Below, one piece after another: positions 9,128-22,672 of a stretch of 64,000 nt of DNA. A program made the translations under genes and the position numbers. Positions within the stretch are counted from its first letter, which is position 1. Every line of letters begins with the position of its first letter. The DNA comes from Penicillus capitatus (lineage: Eukaryota; Plantae; Chlorophyta): assembly GCA_965649825.1 (NCBI GenBank), contig OZ287694.1, positions 1,885,192-1,949,191 on the forward strand. The letters run 5' to 3'. The notes under the pieces were generated by a model, which made no database searches, had not been told where the DNA came from, and worked only from the letters and a program-made list of their open reading frames with translations.

Positions 9128-11026
9128 CGCAGATGAATGGCGTTCACGTTGAAAATCTACAACTGAAATCCTATTAGGATGGTGTACTTATCGCATCTTG
9201 GTGTCATACGTAACTTTGCTTTATTGTTGCGGCTAGTTTCCTTTTTTACTAGTCTTTGGAATAGAACGAGCATCTATCTCAGTAATCTCGATTCCGTATA
9301 CTCAAATTAATTGGGATGGCTTGTTTGGTGTGTTGCAACATGAATTACGTGCTTTAGCAGACCGATTTGTTTACTCAAAGGACTCTGCTGTTTGTTCTTA
9401 TTCGTACCGATTTTGTCGGAGTTGGCAAAATCATCTGACATTGGAAACTATCGCCGAGTTTCCGACTAAATCACCAACACATCTCAGGAATTGGAAAAGA
9501 GCGTACGTATTCTTGTGCTTTTTGTGAACTGTGCGTCGACATTAATTTCACACTCTGACAAACCTTCGTTCAAAAAACTCAACACGATGATCGACCCATG
9601 TAATTGCTGACTCTGACGATTTCATTATGTTCGAGGACTCATTGCTCAAATTGGTCGTGCCTTGGTCACGCTTCTATCCCACCCTAATCGCCGATCATCG
9701 CGGCTGATTCCTCCACGTGTAGAATTCGTTAATCGAGTTTGCATGGTGTAGACTAGCGTTACGGTTCGTCCATTCTCGGCGACGGTCATAGAGAAACCAC
9801 TACTCGAAAATCTCTCAAGGTTAATCGGTCGATGCTATCGACCCGGTGATGAAAGTATACATGTGTGCCCCCAGATGTCTTGAGGCGATCGTTACAGATC
9901 AAATTATGAGTCCTTAAACTCCATGGCCCAGAAAGCCCGAAATGACCTGGTCCAGACGGTCTTCTGCACATGCCGTACCTTCATGCAGATCTGCCTCGTT
10001 TCATTTGCATAGAAGAAGCACGACGTGCATAGGAGAAGGGTGGACTCGACGAGACGTTCATTCGCGACACTGACAACACGAGAAACCGTGCCGTCATGCA
10101 GCTCAGAGTGTGTTGGTTCAGATAACGGCATCATAGACCGGATGGGTATATAGCTGCGCCGGCTGCCAACGGACATTTCGCGAATGTCGTGCCGGATTCT
10201 GAAGACCAGGCAGCCCGTTGCACGAGAACAGCGGTAAATGAGACATCGAGGAGGGCGTTCTGTGTGCTGTCTGTCCATCAGCCTTCTGGACGGGGAAGTG
10301 GTTTGCTGACGCCGCATCGTTCGTCGAGGATGCGCCCGTCGCCAGAGGAACAGCTGTCATGGACAAGGCAAGAAGCGTCCATTTCCGCCTCCTCGTGACC
10401 TTGAATGTTGCGCAGGCGACGTGTTCATTTTGACGAAGTCGATCACCTGCAACTACGGGGTTCTATTCTCGCAGAGATCTTTCACTGGTTGCCGTGGACA
10501 AAGCAAACGCGAGTCCCTCCTTTCTCGCATACGAGACATTCTCCGTTGCCGAATGTAGGTCGTAGCATAAGCGAGAAATGGAACCGAGCGACGGCATCTT
10601 CGCGCCCGGGCGGCCGACTTAAACCTTGCGAAGAAAAGGTTGCGTCCATCCCGCTTATGCAGTGACCGTACAAAGCGGTGGACTGCGTTTCATCTCTCAG
10701 AGAGACAGCCTCGCTGCGTGCTGTGAAGCACCCTCCAAGGCAGTCACATCGTGTCGAATGCGTGCACGAGAATCATCAGCAAGTTTTTCATGCAACGCCA
10801 GCTGTCGAGTGGCAGGCAATGGATACGATCGAGTTGGACAATGTGTTCGTCAGCAAACGAGGCAGTGCCGAATCCGGACACGTCGCTTCGAGTTTGCTGT
10901 CTGGATTGAGAACGTGAATTCCAGCTGCATGGTATAAATTCGACCATACCTCCGGACCACTGCCATTTCCCTTTACGCGCTGTACCATCTATCTCTTCGA
11001 GGTTCTTTTCACTCCGTTTAAACATC

Positions 11027-11505
11027 ATGACTGCCAAAGCGGCTGTGTTCGTCGTCGTCGTCGCTCTTCTCTGCCTCCACGCCGCAAGATTCCTTCCTTC
11101 GCAGCATCCCTCGATGGTGACTGCCTGGTGTTCTCGCAGGCGTATGCTTACCGCCTTACCACAGAGTCGGTCGTCGACGAGAACGGACGCGTCGTCGGCA
11201 AACTGTTCTTGACAGAAAGGCTCGCCAATGAAGATGGTATGGCTGTGTGGCAAAATCATTTGTTCACGGTAGCTGTGGAGGAACATTTCGGGATGAAACA
11301 TACACAGGTACTCCTGAAATCATCACGACGGAAAAAGATTGGGAGGAATGCGAAACTCATATGTGCACAAAAGGTTCGTTACCGGATGCATTCGGCGAGT
11401 GTCGAATAGAGATGGCTGTATCTAGGCTATGAAGCATGGGACTATTACGAGAAGGATCTTCGATGCAGGGGGTTCACTTACGTGCCTTCCTACATTGACG
11501 AAGCT
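11027..11505 (+). CDS. Possible spliced gene for a small secreted protein
   Basis: MTAKAAVFVVVVALLCLHA looks like a signal peptide and is followed by coding-like segments in different frames, ending at a GTGAGC donor-like site. Exon structure unresolved; no family recognised. Confidence 0.3.
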
Positions 11506-12084
11506 GGTTGGGTGAGCGGCGTATGCTGGACACCCTCAGCCTAACAAGCGACAAGCCGATCGCATTCTCCCCTGCATAAGTTCTAGGGATTTTGCATGAC
11601 TCTCTAGATCCATTCATTTGACTGACAGTGTTCGATTTAATGAACATCTTCAGCCGTTATTGAAGTCTCTCTCACGATGCGCGTCTGCGCCGGCGAACAT
11701 GTAAAGTGAACGAAGATGTCTTTGTGGCCATGATCGCCACTAGACGGTTTACCGTCTGCCATTTGTAAAACGGCAATGGCTGGCTCTGCATTTCTTCTAA
11801 GGCCGTCTATTGCTCCTTGCAGAACAACAAATGCGAACACGCCACTCTCGGCAAAGGAACACAGGATCATCTTTTTTGCTAAACTTTTGCTCTTATCTGC
11901 GTGTTCTCTGTGTCCTTGGTTATGGTGCAGTGCAATGGAACCCAGACATTCCAACTCAGAATGTTAATTCGCAAGGGAGATACGCAGGACTCGCGAAGAA
12001 GGACGGACTATGGCGTTGCCGAAGCCTGTCCAGCAGACAAAACTATGGGTACTCAGTCGACTTCAAGAATCCTGTTCAACGTGA

Positions 12085-12500
12085 GCCGCAGAAGGCTTGG
12101 ATGCTGCGCTCTTACACAGTTCTGACCGAGACGTGCGGTTCTCGCAATCGCTGACATATCTAGCAGACTTTCTCTCCAGGCACTTGTCGAAAGATGCTAC
12201 AAGATGGAGACATGTTTACATGCAAGCGTCGACAGGTTGCAGACAAGGCAAACTTCTGAAGGATGACAAAGGAAACAGATAAGCTTCAAACGATTGGATG
12301 CGGTAGGGCATTAGGAAAGAACACTGGATGGTGACCATCTGTTTAGGTTATCGTGTACATCTCAGGCGGCGCCTCCTCAGCCACTCCTTCAGCACCTTCT
12401 GAAATGCACCTGAGATAACCCGTAAACATAGCCAACGTCTTACCTAGTCAAATTGACATCTGCAGGACTCAAAGGCCTATCTCTGCACGCATGGGATACC
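12085..12500 (-). pseudogene. Diverged relic of the 3' end and downstream flank of the fascin/aerolysin-like gene
   Basis: Aligns by eye with about 37050-37450 (e.g. GGATGCTGCGCTCTTACACAGTT and CTGTTTAGGT..ATCG.GTACAT). Confidence 0.7.
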
Positions 12501-13266
12501 TTCCCGTGGACCGTTTTCCTCCAACCGAAGCACACAAACGCATCATCATAGGCGAGATCTACCAGCTCGTCTGGGCCATGACATGTGGTTCATGACAGAA
12601 CCTACAGAACTCGTTTTGACGGTCAAAGTGAGTGCGAGTGTCCGTGACGAACGAGGGCAGTGCTCGTTAAGGAAAATTTTATTCGAAAACGTATCTCATC
12701 GAAAATGATTTCTTGATTACAATCAAATCACGTGTCCGCCGAGCTGCGACCGTTTCTAAGCGATATCGGCAACCAGGTTGCTGCTTTTGCCGCCATTCTT
12801 TTCGCCATGGAAACAGTGTGTACCTCTGTCAGCAAAACCACACGATCGCTCCGATTTCTCCTCCTTGTTTGGGAGCTCTGTGCAGGAAAACGATTCGGAC
12901 GTGACGATTGACCATTCTTCCTACTTAAATGGCATCTTCCGCAAAACGTTGCTTTTTGACAGGCGTTCGTCTTTAAGCTCATACATAGGTCTGCTCGAAC
13001 AAACGACGTCGTACGTTCGATTCTCTCTTCGGTCGCTAGCGCAACTAAGATCCTTACCTCGAGGTTCCAAACAATGCTCCAAAGTCGAATCGCATTCTTA
13101 TGTCTGGTAAAACGACTTCGCCGAGAGAGTGCTGCTGTTCAGCGTGCATTTTCCGCAGGCCGTGTGTTGTTTCCACGGCGTTCTTTCATCTCACACAGGT
13201 CTTTTCCTTGAGGCGAAGGAATCAATGCGCAAAGGTTGTGTGTACTAAGGTGAAGATGGAAGAAAA

Positions 13267-13797
13267 ATGAGAAGAAACGTGAATGAGCTTCTTGAAGATG
13301 GGCGGTCCCTCAAGGAGATGGAAACGACGCATCAGCGTTCAGTGCTGCAGAGTGAGGGACTTCTGCCTGAGATGACAGCTGCCAACTCCCTTAACAATGT
13401 CGAAGGGTCTGTGAAGACAAGCGAGAGTGAGGGCAACTCCAAAACGGAGATACCAGTACTTACGGCAGAATCCGTGAGTGAGGATGATATCACAGCAGGT
13501 GTGGTTGGAAGAGCGAAATCTGGTCGTTCGCTTCAAAAATCCTCGGCCGCACCTGCGACGGCGACTCCCGGTCATAGAAAACCAAAGCAGCAAGTTCCAT
13601 TTCCCGCTCCTCATCAGAATACAATGGAGGCGTTTTCGATAGACCATAATGGAGAGTCCTTCGTCATCTCAACCAAAAAAAATCGTGAAACTCCCTTGAA
13701 GATGGCGGCGGACTCAGGGGTTTGGCAGAGAACCATAAGCAGTTGGATAGAAAACAATGGTTTAGAAGCACATCTGTTTCTTACTATATGGAACTAG
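13267..13797 (+). CDS. Hypothetical low-complexity protein or exon (176 aa)
   Basis: ATG-initiated ORF rich in S/E/T; no domain recognised. Confidence 0.3.
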   Translation: MRRNVNELLEDGRSLKEMETTHQRSVLQSEGLLPEMTAANSLNNVEGSVKTSESEGNSKTEIPVLTAESVSEDDITAGVVGRAKSGRSLQKSSAAPATATPGHRKPKQQVPFPAPHQNTMEAFSIDHNGESFVISTKKNRETPLKMAADSGVWQRTISSWIENNGLEAHLFLTIWN

Positions 13798-14219
13798 TTG
13801 TCAGCAGGTATCATCATGAACAAGGCTCGTATGTAATGTTCAAGCTGTGTTTGTGTTTTTCGCGTTTTTTTGTCATTCGAGGTGAAGCAGAACTCTAAAT
13901 GTCCACGTCAGCCAAAGAGCAACATGAATATCCGAAAACCACCAAGGGATCTCTGATGTTGGTGGAATTCCTCCAGACGTAACCTCCGTTAGATTTCATG
14001 ATGTTCATTCAACGAAAAGAAGAGTGCGCGGTGTGACGCTTTCAGGGCAGCAGGACACCGGATCTAACACCTAATAATGACTCTGAATGATGCTCGTTTG
14101 GAAGACAGCAGACAATGCAAGCCATCTGCAGGGGGCTACGCCAAAGTATGACAGACAGGTTTCAATGGACCCAGCCTAGGTACAGGACCGAAACGCGATG
14201 TGTTTAGTTAATTACCTTG

Positions 14220-15458
14220 GCCTCGTGCACGCACATAGTCCTTGGGAAGTCAGCAGTCCATCAGACCGACTACGAACCAATGCCTCGTGGCAAAACCGAC
14301 GCAAGAAAGCCACGGACCACGGCTCTAAAAGAAGAAAACCATGCAAAACACCCAAAGCGTGTTTGCAATGGCAACGAAAAACAATAAAGAAAAAACAATG
14401 AACGCGCGTCGAGCCATGGTGATCGCGGAACTCTGGGTCGGCACGCCGCAGTCAAGCAAGGAACTTGGCCCACTGCAACCCTCATCATTCATTCCCCTAC
14501 CATTATCGCCCCACGCTCTCCACTCATCGCCCTCCTTGGTCGTCGTGCTTTGGCCTCACAGCATACTCGATATCCGTTTTCTCTCCGTTATCACACATCG
14601 CCGATAAACGCATCAGATCGCCAACTCCCTATCCTTCCACGTCGACCCATGACGTTATCTTCTTTCCTCGCCTGCCCATCTCGACATCGTTCCGCCATCA
14701 ACACGAATACTCCCGAAACGACCTCCGACGAAACCTAATCTGCAGGCCAGACCGCCTAAACCATCATCTGTCTTTTTGACTTCTTCCGCGGGCCTTTAAG
14801 CGAACTCCCCGCGCCGTCGTCGCCCTTCCGTTTTGCGTCATTTTTTAACCTCTCCAACCGTTTTCTTCTCGCACCCGCGCACTCCGAAGATTGTAGCGGC
14901 GCTTTGCCTCCCTCGCAAAAGATCTGCTTGCAGATGTGTCGGCGGCAGCAAAAAGAGAGTTAGAGGCCGCCGAGAGTATTTCCGTCTCCGTAAAGGAGGC
15001 AACTGCGTGCATTGATTGTAAGTTATCTCTCATTAGACGACTGATAAAGTCCCGCGAACAGTGTCGCCCTTGTCAAATCTTCCTCATACGACAATTCCCG
15101 ATTGGGGCGTTTAGAACCGCGGCCCTCGGACTCCCTCCCGTTTCCGTGACAACATCTCCGTCTTCGTCCGGCACCACATCCGAGTCGGGCTAGTTCACAT
15201 CGTCGGGAAGGACGAATTCCATTTGGAGTTCTTCCACCTCCAAACCCGCGAAGTGGTCGTCCTCCAACGTGGCTTCGTTGACCACGAATTGTATGATGTC
15301 CCTGGCCAATGCGTTTTGCCGTTGGCGAACCTCTATCGCCGGGGCGGTGAGTTGCGACCGTAGTCGTCTCACGAACATCGCGACCCTGAAGTGTGCAAAA
15401 TCGTCGAGGTGCACGCCACGTTGAACCGCCAAAGCGTTTCCCAGAACGCTTGACAACG
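14220..15458 (-). pseudogene. Third, 5'-truncated copy of the orphan ORF plus its downstream flank
   Basis: VLGNALAVQRGVHLDDFAHFRVAMFVRRLRSQL and KRRYNLRS match the paralogs. In-frame stop at 15190 and a ~145-bp insertion at about 14920-15065. 14220-14760 matches 4480-5090. Confidence 0.8.
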
Positions 15459-15459
15459 G

Positions 15460-15844
15460 ATTTATCTGCGAAATCGTAGTCGAGAAGCTCAATCAGTGCG
15501 TCCACGTTTTGGAGAAATTCCCCGTGATACTCGACGACACCATTGACGAGACAAAGTCGGAGGTTCGTGACTTTGACCACATCTGAATCCATTCGACTTC
15601 GAGAGAGCTTCGTCGACCACACAATTCTGATGGGCGAACGCATCGAAAGTCTGACACGTTTGAAGACCTCATTCGATCCATGAAACGCTTTGTTGTCGGC
15701 CTCTGCTCCACACATAACTCTCTCTGACTCCTTTCTTACGTAATGCACAGCGGCCCGGAAAAAAATATCACACCGGTCCCGCCACATGAACCGGCTCGAC
15801 AGTTCGGCCGGATTGGAGTCGGCGTTTTCTTCAGGTGCGGCCAT
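15460..15844 (-). CDS. N-terminal ~130 codons of an unidentified gene, joined out of frame to the orphan-ORF relic
   Basis: ATG at 15844, open to the junction (…VVEYHGEFLQNVDALIELLDYDF). Head-to-head with the PIG-O relic. Confidence 0.3.
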
Positions 15845-15967
15845 TGAGCAGATCAGAATCGGGCAGAAGTCAAAGCGAATGGAGCAGAAGCCGAAGCGAA
15901 TTCATCCGCGTTCCTGATGAAACGCTGAACTGCTAACCGCTGCACCACGGAGGCGTTCTCTGATTCC

Positions 15968-17683
15968 ATGCTGTCGCGCTTTCCTCTTATGCAGAGGATA
16001 TCTCTTAACGCGATCGAGTTGACGCAGCACAGCCAGTGTCGGGTCCCGAGTCCCATTGCGCGGTCAAGGGCGTCGTCGGCTTGTTGGAAGGAATCGACCA
16101 CGATCGCGTAGTCGTCTCTGTCGTTGACACGCTTCGTTTCGATTTGGTGGTCGACGGAGAGTGTCAATGACCAGAAACGCCGTTCGATTTTCGAGGCTTC
16201 TGGATCTTCTGCGAAGAAATTGGGAAAAGTGCGAGCACATGTATGAGAAGGGCACGCGGAGCACGTAGAGTTAAACTTCATTGGTTTTTAAGTTCATCGC
16301 CGATACACCAACGGGGACTATGCACCCACTCAAAGGAATGCTTACCGTAATCGCACACGTTTCCCATCGCAGGCCATCGTCCACTGTTTGCTGCTCAAGG
16401 GCAGTCTTCCTACGCTAATGAATGTGAGCGATAGTTTCTCTGAAAAGCAGGCCACGGAAGACACTCTCTTGAAACAGCTAAAGCAACGGGGACAGAGGCT
16501 TGTGTGGCAAACCCATTTCGGACGTCTGTGATGCACCCGAGTCGTTTTCTAGGCTTCCCTCGGGGACGACACGTGGGATGCGCTCTTCCATGACGTGCTG
16601 GACGTCTCAATACCTTACGCTTCCTTCATCATCGAAGATCTGCACACCGTCACCAACGCTGTCCGCACGGTCTGCGTTCTGCAAGGGGTTGGGAGATCCG
16701 TGTCTGGGAGGCTTCTGTGGACAGGAATTCTATCCGCCCCTGCCGAACAGATCAGATTTGTGGAATTTTGGGGCTGGACATCACGTTGGACTCGATCACG
16801 CCGGGCACATGTTTTATTGTCGAGAGTCCAGGGGTCGCAGAAAACTCGATCAGATGGACACCGAGATCTCAGGCTTTCTGATCCAGCTCATCGATCACCC
16901 ACATCTCGGCCATGAGAAGACGCTTCTCCTCCGGTTTGGCGATCGTGGAATGACACTGGATGGGGACACATGGAAGTGGAAGTCGGGAAGAAGCCGAGTC
17001 GGTGCTACCGGCCGTCGACGTTGCGAGACTCGAAGACGAAATGCGTCCTCGCGAACGACATCTCTGCCGTCCAGCTGTGTCGAGCATCTGCGGATCGCGA
17101 GATGGAACAGATCGACCTGCCGCCAACGTTGGCTCTCTTATTGGACGTTCCTGTCCCGTACGGAAGCGCCAGTAAACCATCTCTCCAACTCCTGAATCTG
17201 GGACGGCGAGCAGACGATCCCCGTGATCTGCTATCCTTCCTTCGGATAAATGCTTGGCAGGTGGATCATTACTTTAACGCATGTGCCAAGGCTGCCAAGG
17301 GGTCCTTTCCGAAACGTATTCGGGAATTCAACGATCTCTGTGCGCAAGCTGTCGGACAGACGGACAGCGCAACGTAGGATGGGATTTCAGAGTGACGGAT
17401 CTCTCTTCGATCCATCCATTGCAGGCTGTATGTGGAGTACCTGGATGCTACTGTTGCCTTCTCTCGAACGCAGTACACACAGTTCGATTGCGTTTCCAGT
17501 CTGTTTGGAGTAGCCCTGTTCACTACGGCACTCTGTGTCCAGACAAAGGACATCAGGCGAGGCATCGAGTATCTGTTTCTCACACTCAGACTCCGTCTCG
17601 GCGGTTGTGGAGGGGAGCATCCAGAGCAGCTCACACCCTTGTCACTCTATTGTTGCTGCATGGCTTCACCTACTCTTGAATAG
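15968..17683 (+). pseudogene. PIGO: GPI ethanolamine phosphate transferase 3 (PIG-O/GPI13-like), degenerate
   Basis: Motifs in PIG-O order across shifting frames: IELTQHSQC, VVVSVVDTLRFD, KFIADTPTGTMHPLKGMLT/GSLPT (intron), EDTLLKQL, GDDTWDALF, SFIIEDLHTVTN, GLDHAGH, KLDQMDTEI, LLLRFGDRGMTLDG/HGSGSREE. Has stops and frameshifts; GDH has become GDR. Confidence 0.85.
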
Positions 17684-18299
17684 GTTCATCACAGGAGGGT
17701 CGCGTCGCCGGTGCAGTTGTGCCTTGTGATGATTTGCGTGCATTGAACGACAGTGGATCTGTAGGAATGTTGCAGAGGATTCCCTGTCGTACAGCAAAAA
17801 TCGCTGATTTACTTGAATGGCAAATTAAACAGTCGTCTCCGTACATTGATGGTCGACACATCCGCCGTGACAACTTGTGCAGGCCCTTGTCAGCAACCAT
17901 ACATTAGGTGAAGAGTGGCCTATACTCGTTCGCGGCCGTGAAACATGTGCCCATCGCGTATCCTTACTTTGGACACTCATCATAAGGTGCATCACGTCGG
18001 AGAGGAGGTATCTGTCGACGGCGATTGTGTACAGAAGACCATTTCCTTCGTCTTTCATTTCGGATTCGGTGATCACCAGAGTGACGTGTCAGGCGCCAGA
18101 TATCATGAGTATTAGTAGCTGTCGTGCAGTGGACAATAGAGACCAAGCTATCGCTTCATGCGGAGAAGGAAGCACTGTCCAACGTCGCCAAAAAAAACAG
18201 AAGATCTTAACAATGCTGAAGACACGAAGGAATGAGAGAAACAACAAACGAAGGTGCGTTTGGCTTTATATCCTCTCGCAACCCGTCCTCCAACGTCAC

Positions 18300-18595
18300 A
18301 TCGCGGTATATATCGCTGTGAAGGGCCTTGCCGATTAGCGAGATGACGGAGTGATCTCCTTCGAGTCTAAACGCCAGAGCATAAACGGCAGGTGTGTTGT
18401 GACGACAGCTGTAGACCGACAGACCGCGCTGCCATGGGGCAGGTCGTTGAGGAGGTCAGCTTCGGAACGCTTGACGAGCCAGACTTCGATCTATGGCGTG
18501 TACGCTCGTAGAAATACGGAAGGCAAATGGGACGACTGTGCGTGTTGTGGTTTGAAGTGTGGGGTGGATGATAGGATCGGTGAGTCGAAGGTATT
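18300..18595 (+). repeat. Dispersed ~290-bp repeat, copy 2
   Basis: Homologous to 8280-8560; begins near a TATATA sequence. Confidence 0.6.
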
Positions 18596-21500
18596 GTTGG
18601 TAAGCGATCTACTGGACGCCTGTCGCGTCAATAAGCACAGAGGAGCCTGTTGGAATGCTGGGAGAAGACGATGGGTGCCGAGAAACGCCTCGACAGAACG
18701 CCGCATGGCGTCGACACAGGCGTGTCACATCAACGCGTCCGTTGTCGACTGGAAGGTGACGCTTCGGCGAACAAGGCGTCAACGTCTCGACGATAGCATG
18801 GATTCAACGTTCTGTACGAAAGGGATCGAATGAGAGACGTCGCGTGGCTTCTGGCATTTCGCCAAACCAAGTGTTAAGGTTTGGCGGCAATTACTCTACG
18901 ACCACTCGCTCTTCTTCACACCTTCTGTGTTTGCAGGATACTCTCAGTTAGTATAGTGGACTGAGTCTCCATCTCCTCCCGAGTCATTCTTGCCATCAAC
19001 GGCTGCGGTGCAGGCCATGTAAGAGATTCTCTGGAAGACGCTGACCATCGTCGCAGCTTCAACGATACTCTATCTGTTATGTGTTGTTGTAGACGGCGTC
19101 AGTCTGGACAGCATCTAGTGTGAGGCGTCTCATATCTGTTTGCTGCACCAAGTATTGCAAGGCAAGACAAGACAAGACCGTGACTTGTCGACGTACGGCA
19201 CGTAGCGACAACGAGAAATATACTCCGTCAAGAGTCCCCTTCCTAACAGACTCAGTCGTGGTGCAAAAAGAAGATTCGTTCGCTCTCTTCTCGGATGTAG
19301 AATTAATTGTCAATCGGCAATCTATTGCACGAAGACACGTTCGATCTCCGCTCCGCGAAATTGTACCATTAGCCTCATGCTTTTCATTGTCCACTTCTAT
19401 CATTGACCAAGACAACTGAAGATGAATACGAACGAAGCATACGTATCTGTTCGTAAGTATACAACATTAGAAAGGTCTAGCACCGTTTTGTTTCTGACAG
19501 TTGCATACGGCGAGTTAAGATGAATCAGTCCGTTTCAAAACCGACACGTTCGAACGTACTGACCAATCTAGTAATAACAGTCCGCGAAGCTAAAGGTATA
19601 GAAGAAGACACGCTCACCCCGCGCGGACATCGCCTTCACGCCACATGGAGGGTGTTTTGTCGTGGAGATCGAAGAAGTCCACAGGCGATACTTGAGGCCT
19701 AGAGTTGTCAATCTCCACTCAAGTTTTTGAATACAGTACAGCTCACATATCCACCAGTTAAACCAGTGTTCGATTCCTTTTTTGATAGGCAGTCGCTGTT
19801 TAAGCCAAATGCGATCGGTTCACATCCACATCGAAAATTCTGGAAAAATGGACAAACGATGGCAAAGAGCAACGATAAAACACATCGCGTTTGAAGCCGA
19901 CCATACTGCCTACCTTCACGGCAGATTTTCTGAAACATGCACGTCATGATTGCAAGACAGACAATCAATTAACGACGGCAATGCAATGGAAGTAGAATCC
20001 TTTGGGATGCTCTTTTTATACTCCTAGATGACAGACCACGAAATATGAAACAGGAACATCTAAGGACCTGCTGCTCAACTTCTGGTCTTGTGTAACTTCC
20101 CATGTCTTTCATGAATACTTCTTGTTCTTCTAAGGCCCTTCGTTTAGTGAATCACCTTCTTCTCAGCTACCTAGGGTTGTCATCGTCGCTATGCTCAACT
20201 AAAATCTTGTCAGTCTTGTTCCCGCAAGACCGATCTCCAGCGTCTAATAGAAATAAATGACGATCATTCTCTCTACTGATTCATTGTCTACATAGCGCTC
20301 GTCTTCATCTGTTCGAATGATGTTTCTCGTTTTTCTCAAACAAATCGATCGTTTTAGAGATTCTTTGTGCGCTCAAGCCGATTGACTTTTCCTGGAAGCT
20401 AAAGTTCATAGGAACTCGGAAAGAAGTATCGTTTGGCCGCGAAACAATAGTTCATCCCCATTCTTCTCTACGTATCCTTCCTACTGCGTTCACAAAAATG
20501 CGGAGTTCAGGTTTCGCAAGCAGGAACGTTACACACCATACGGATCCCCGCCATCCGTTTCCTCTACCCAGTTTTTGTTTATCTGCCGTGATGAATCGCG
20601 TGGTAAAGTACGTACTAGGAAAATACATCAGAAAGAAGGAGGAAGCTCTTCAGAGTGATCCAAAGCAAGTGACGAGACATTGACGAGTCACTTGTCGACG
20701 AGGTTTTCTTGTGCATTCCCAGCAGAGACTATCTGCAGTCTAGTCAACTGATCGGTCGAAGGCGGTGATGCTGTCGAGCAGCGCTCTTAGGAGACATCAA
20801 GACCGGACTGGTATTCCTAGGGCTTCGACAACGGAACAGTATATAGCTGACCAAATGTCTTCCAAGCAAACGGCGTCAGTACAACCCGTGTCCACTAACA
20901 TGACGAAGATGACGTCTGCGTCAATCACAAGTCGACTGTCAAGAACACATCGATGCTCATCACGTTTGAAATCGCCTGTGAGCACAAGGAAACGAAGAGA
21001 GAATCTCAACGCAGCGTCTCACGCGCCAATCAATGCCTGGGTGACAAAAAATGATGATGACGATGGTCTTGATACGTGGTCTGGACGAAGCGACAGAACT
21101 GCTGACACTGCTTGCAAGCGAATCTGGAGAAGCTAGGGTGGGACAAGACCCAGATGATGGAGTTCTGATCAACGTGCTGCTCACGACTGTCGACATCGCA
21201 TGCAGAAACGGCATCAAGTGTGCGATGGTGTTATCCCTTGGGTCTCTTTGTTTCTCTGTTCAACGATATCCCCCTGTTGGCAGTAGCTCTGAACTGCTGG
21301 TGTGTGATCTGTCTCACTAGAGACGGCGGTTATGTTTTTTTTTGTGCATCGGTGTTTTGGCTGCCGTATTTCGAAATTCTGCCTGTATTGGGAATTTCTG
21401 TCTCTTTAGCTGTATCATGGGCTCAATGTACGATGAAGAGTTCGTGTGATTTTGTATAAAGGTTCACTCACCATCCCCTCAACGATGCATGCACCCGTGT

Positions 21501-22672
21501 ATTGTTTTTCGTTTCTCAAAGGTTTCGAAAACTGTGTGATGGTTTGTGTGGGAACGATTCGAATGTCTGCTAGAGAGGTCATTGTTTCTGGAACGCTGTA
21601 TGAATCTCGTTCGTCGTTTCTGACCCATTGTCTGGCAGTGTCTCATGACACAAACGTTGCGTATTCTCTTCCGTGTCATCAGAAGGTGTCGTTCAGTCGC
21701 ACAGAACAACGGAGACCCAGAGATACACTCAATCACTCATGGGGAGGGGTTCGATGAAGCATGACATCGCGAAGCCGCATATGCGTGCATCTCATTCACT
21801 TTCAGAACGACGAGATTTGCTGTCTGTCTTACAGGAGCTGGATTGCAGTGACTGGACGACACATAGGAGTCCATATCTGTTCATAGGATCGATGGCCCGA
21901 TTCCACTTGAAGATGCAGTCATGATGTGACTGGCTGACCCCAGGATGCTTCTTCTTTTGACTTCTATTACTGGAGTGCTTCCTCTTCTCGACAGATCCCG
22001 CAATGCCATTGGATCGGAACGTCGTTCTTTGCTTGACTGGGCATCGAACCAGGCGCAGATGTGTGACTTCTGTCTCTGTTGAGCTCAGTAACGATGGGTG
22101 ATTTTCTTCGACGTACTAGATAGAGCCTTCGGATCTTCATTCGCGCCTACTTCATAATGAGCTGCAAGACAGTTTACGTACTCCAAGATCGGCCTGAGCT
22201 GTGTGACACTTGGCATGGAACTAGCAATCAGTCTTGTCGTTACCAATACTCGATCCATTTTGAGAGCATTTAGACGTAACGTTGATGCTGCATTAAATGG
22301 CAATGGCGCAGCCGCGTGACGAAGTGCGTGGTCGGTTCCCGAAAACAGTGATAGTGTGTCCGTAGACACATTTTCAACCTATCTTAAGCACCATTTGAGC
22401 TTCTTTTTTTCGCGACCGTTTTGCGACGAGTTCAGGATTTTCAACCGCTGAAAACGCTTTAAGCGAAAGAAACAACGAGCTGCTGCTGCCTTCGTCGTCG
22501 CAGTTGTTCGGACCGAGTCGGGGGATGATGCCGCTGCAGACAACGCAAGCTGCAACCGCAGGTGCATTAAACCCACTCATGACTTCTTTGTCTTTCGACC
22601 GAAGAATGGACGACGACGCGTTGCTCTAGGACAAAGTAGCGGTTCGTCAAACGACCCTCGGCGATGCGTTAT

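Noticed and set aside
15853-16281. Minus-strand 142-aa ORF as a gene
   Set aside because: The plus strand carries recognisable PIG-O motifs at the same position.
18840-22370. Short ORFs here and at 9320-10990, 30300-32900 and 35700-37000 as genes
   Set aside because: Some look like decayed or spliced coding sequence, but I could not recognise a family or build a consistent exon chain.
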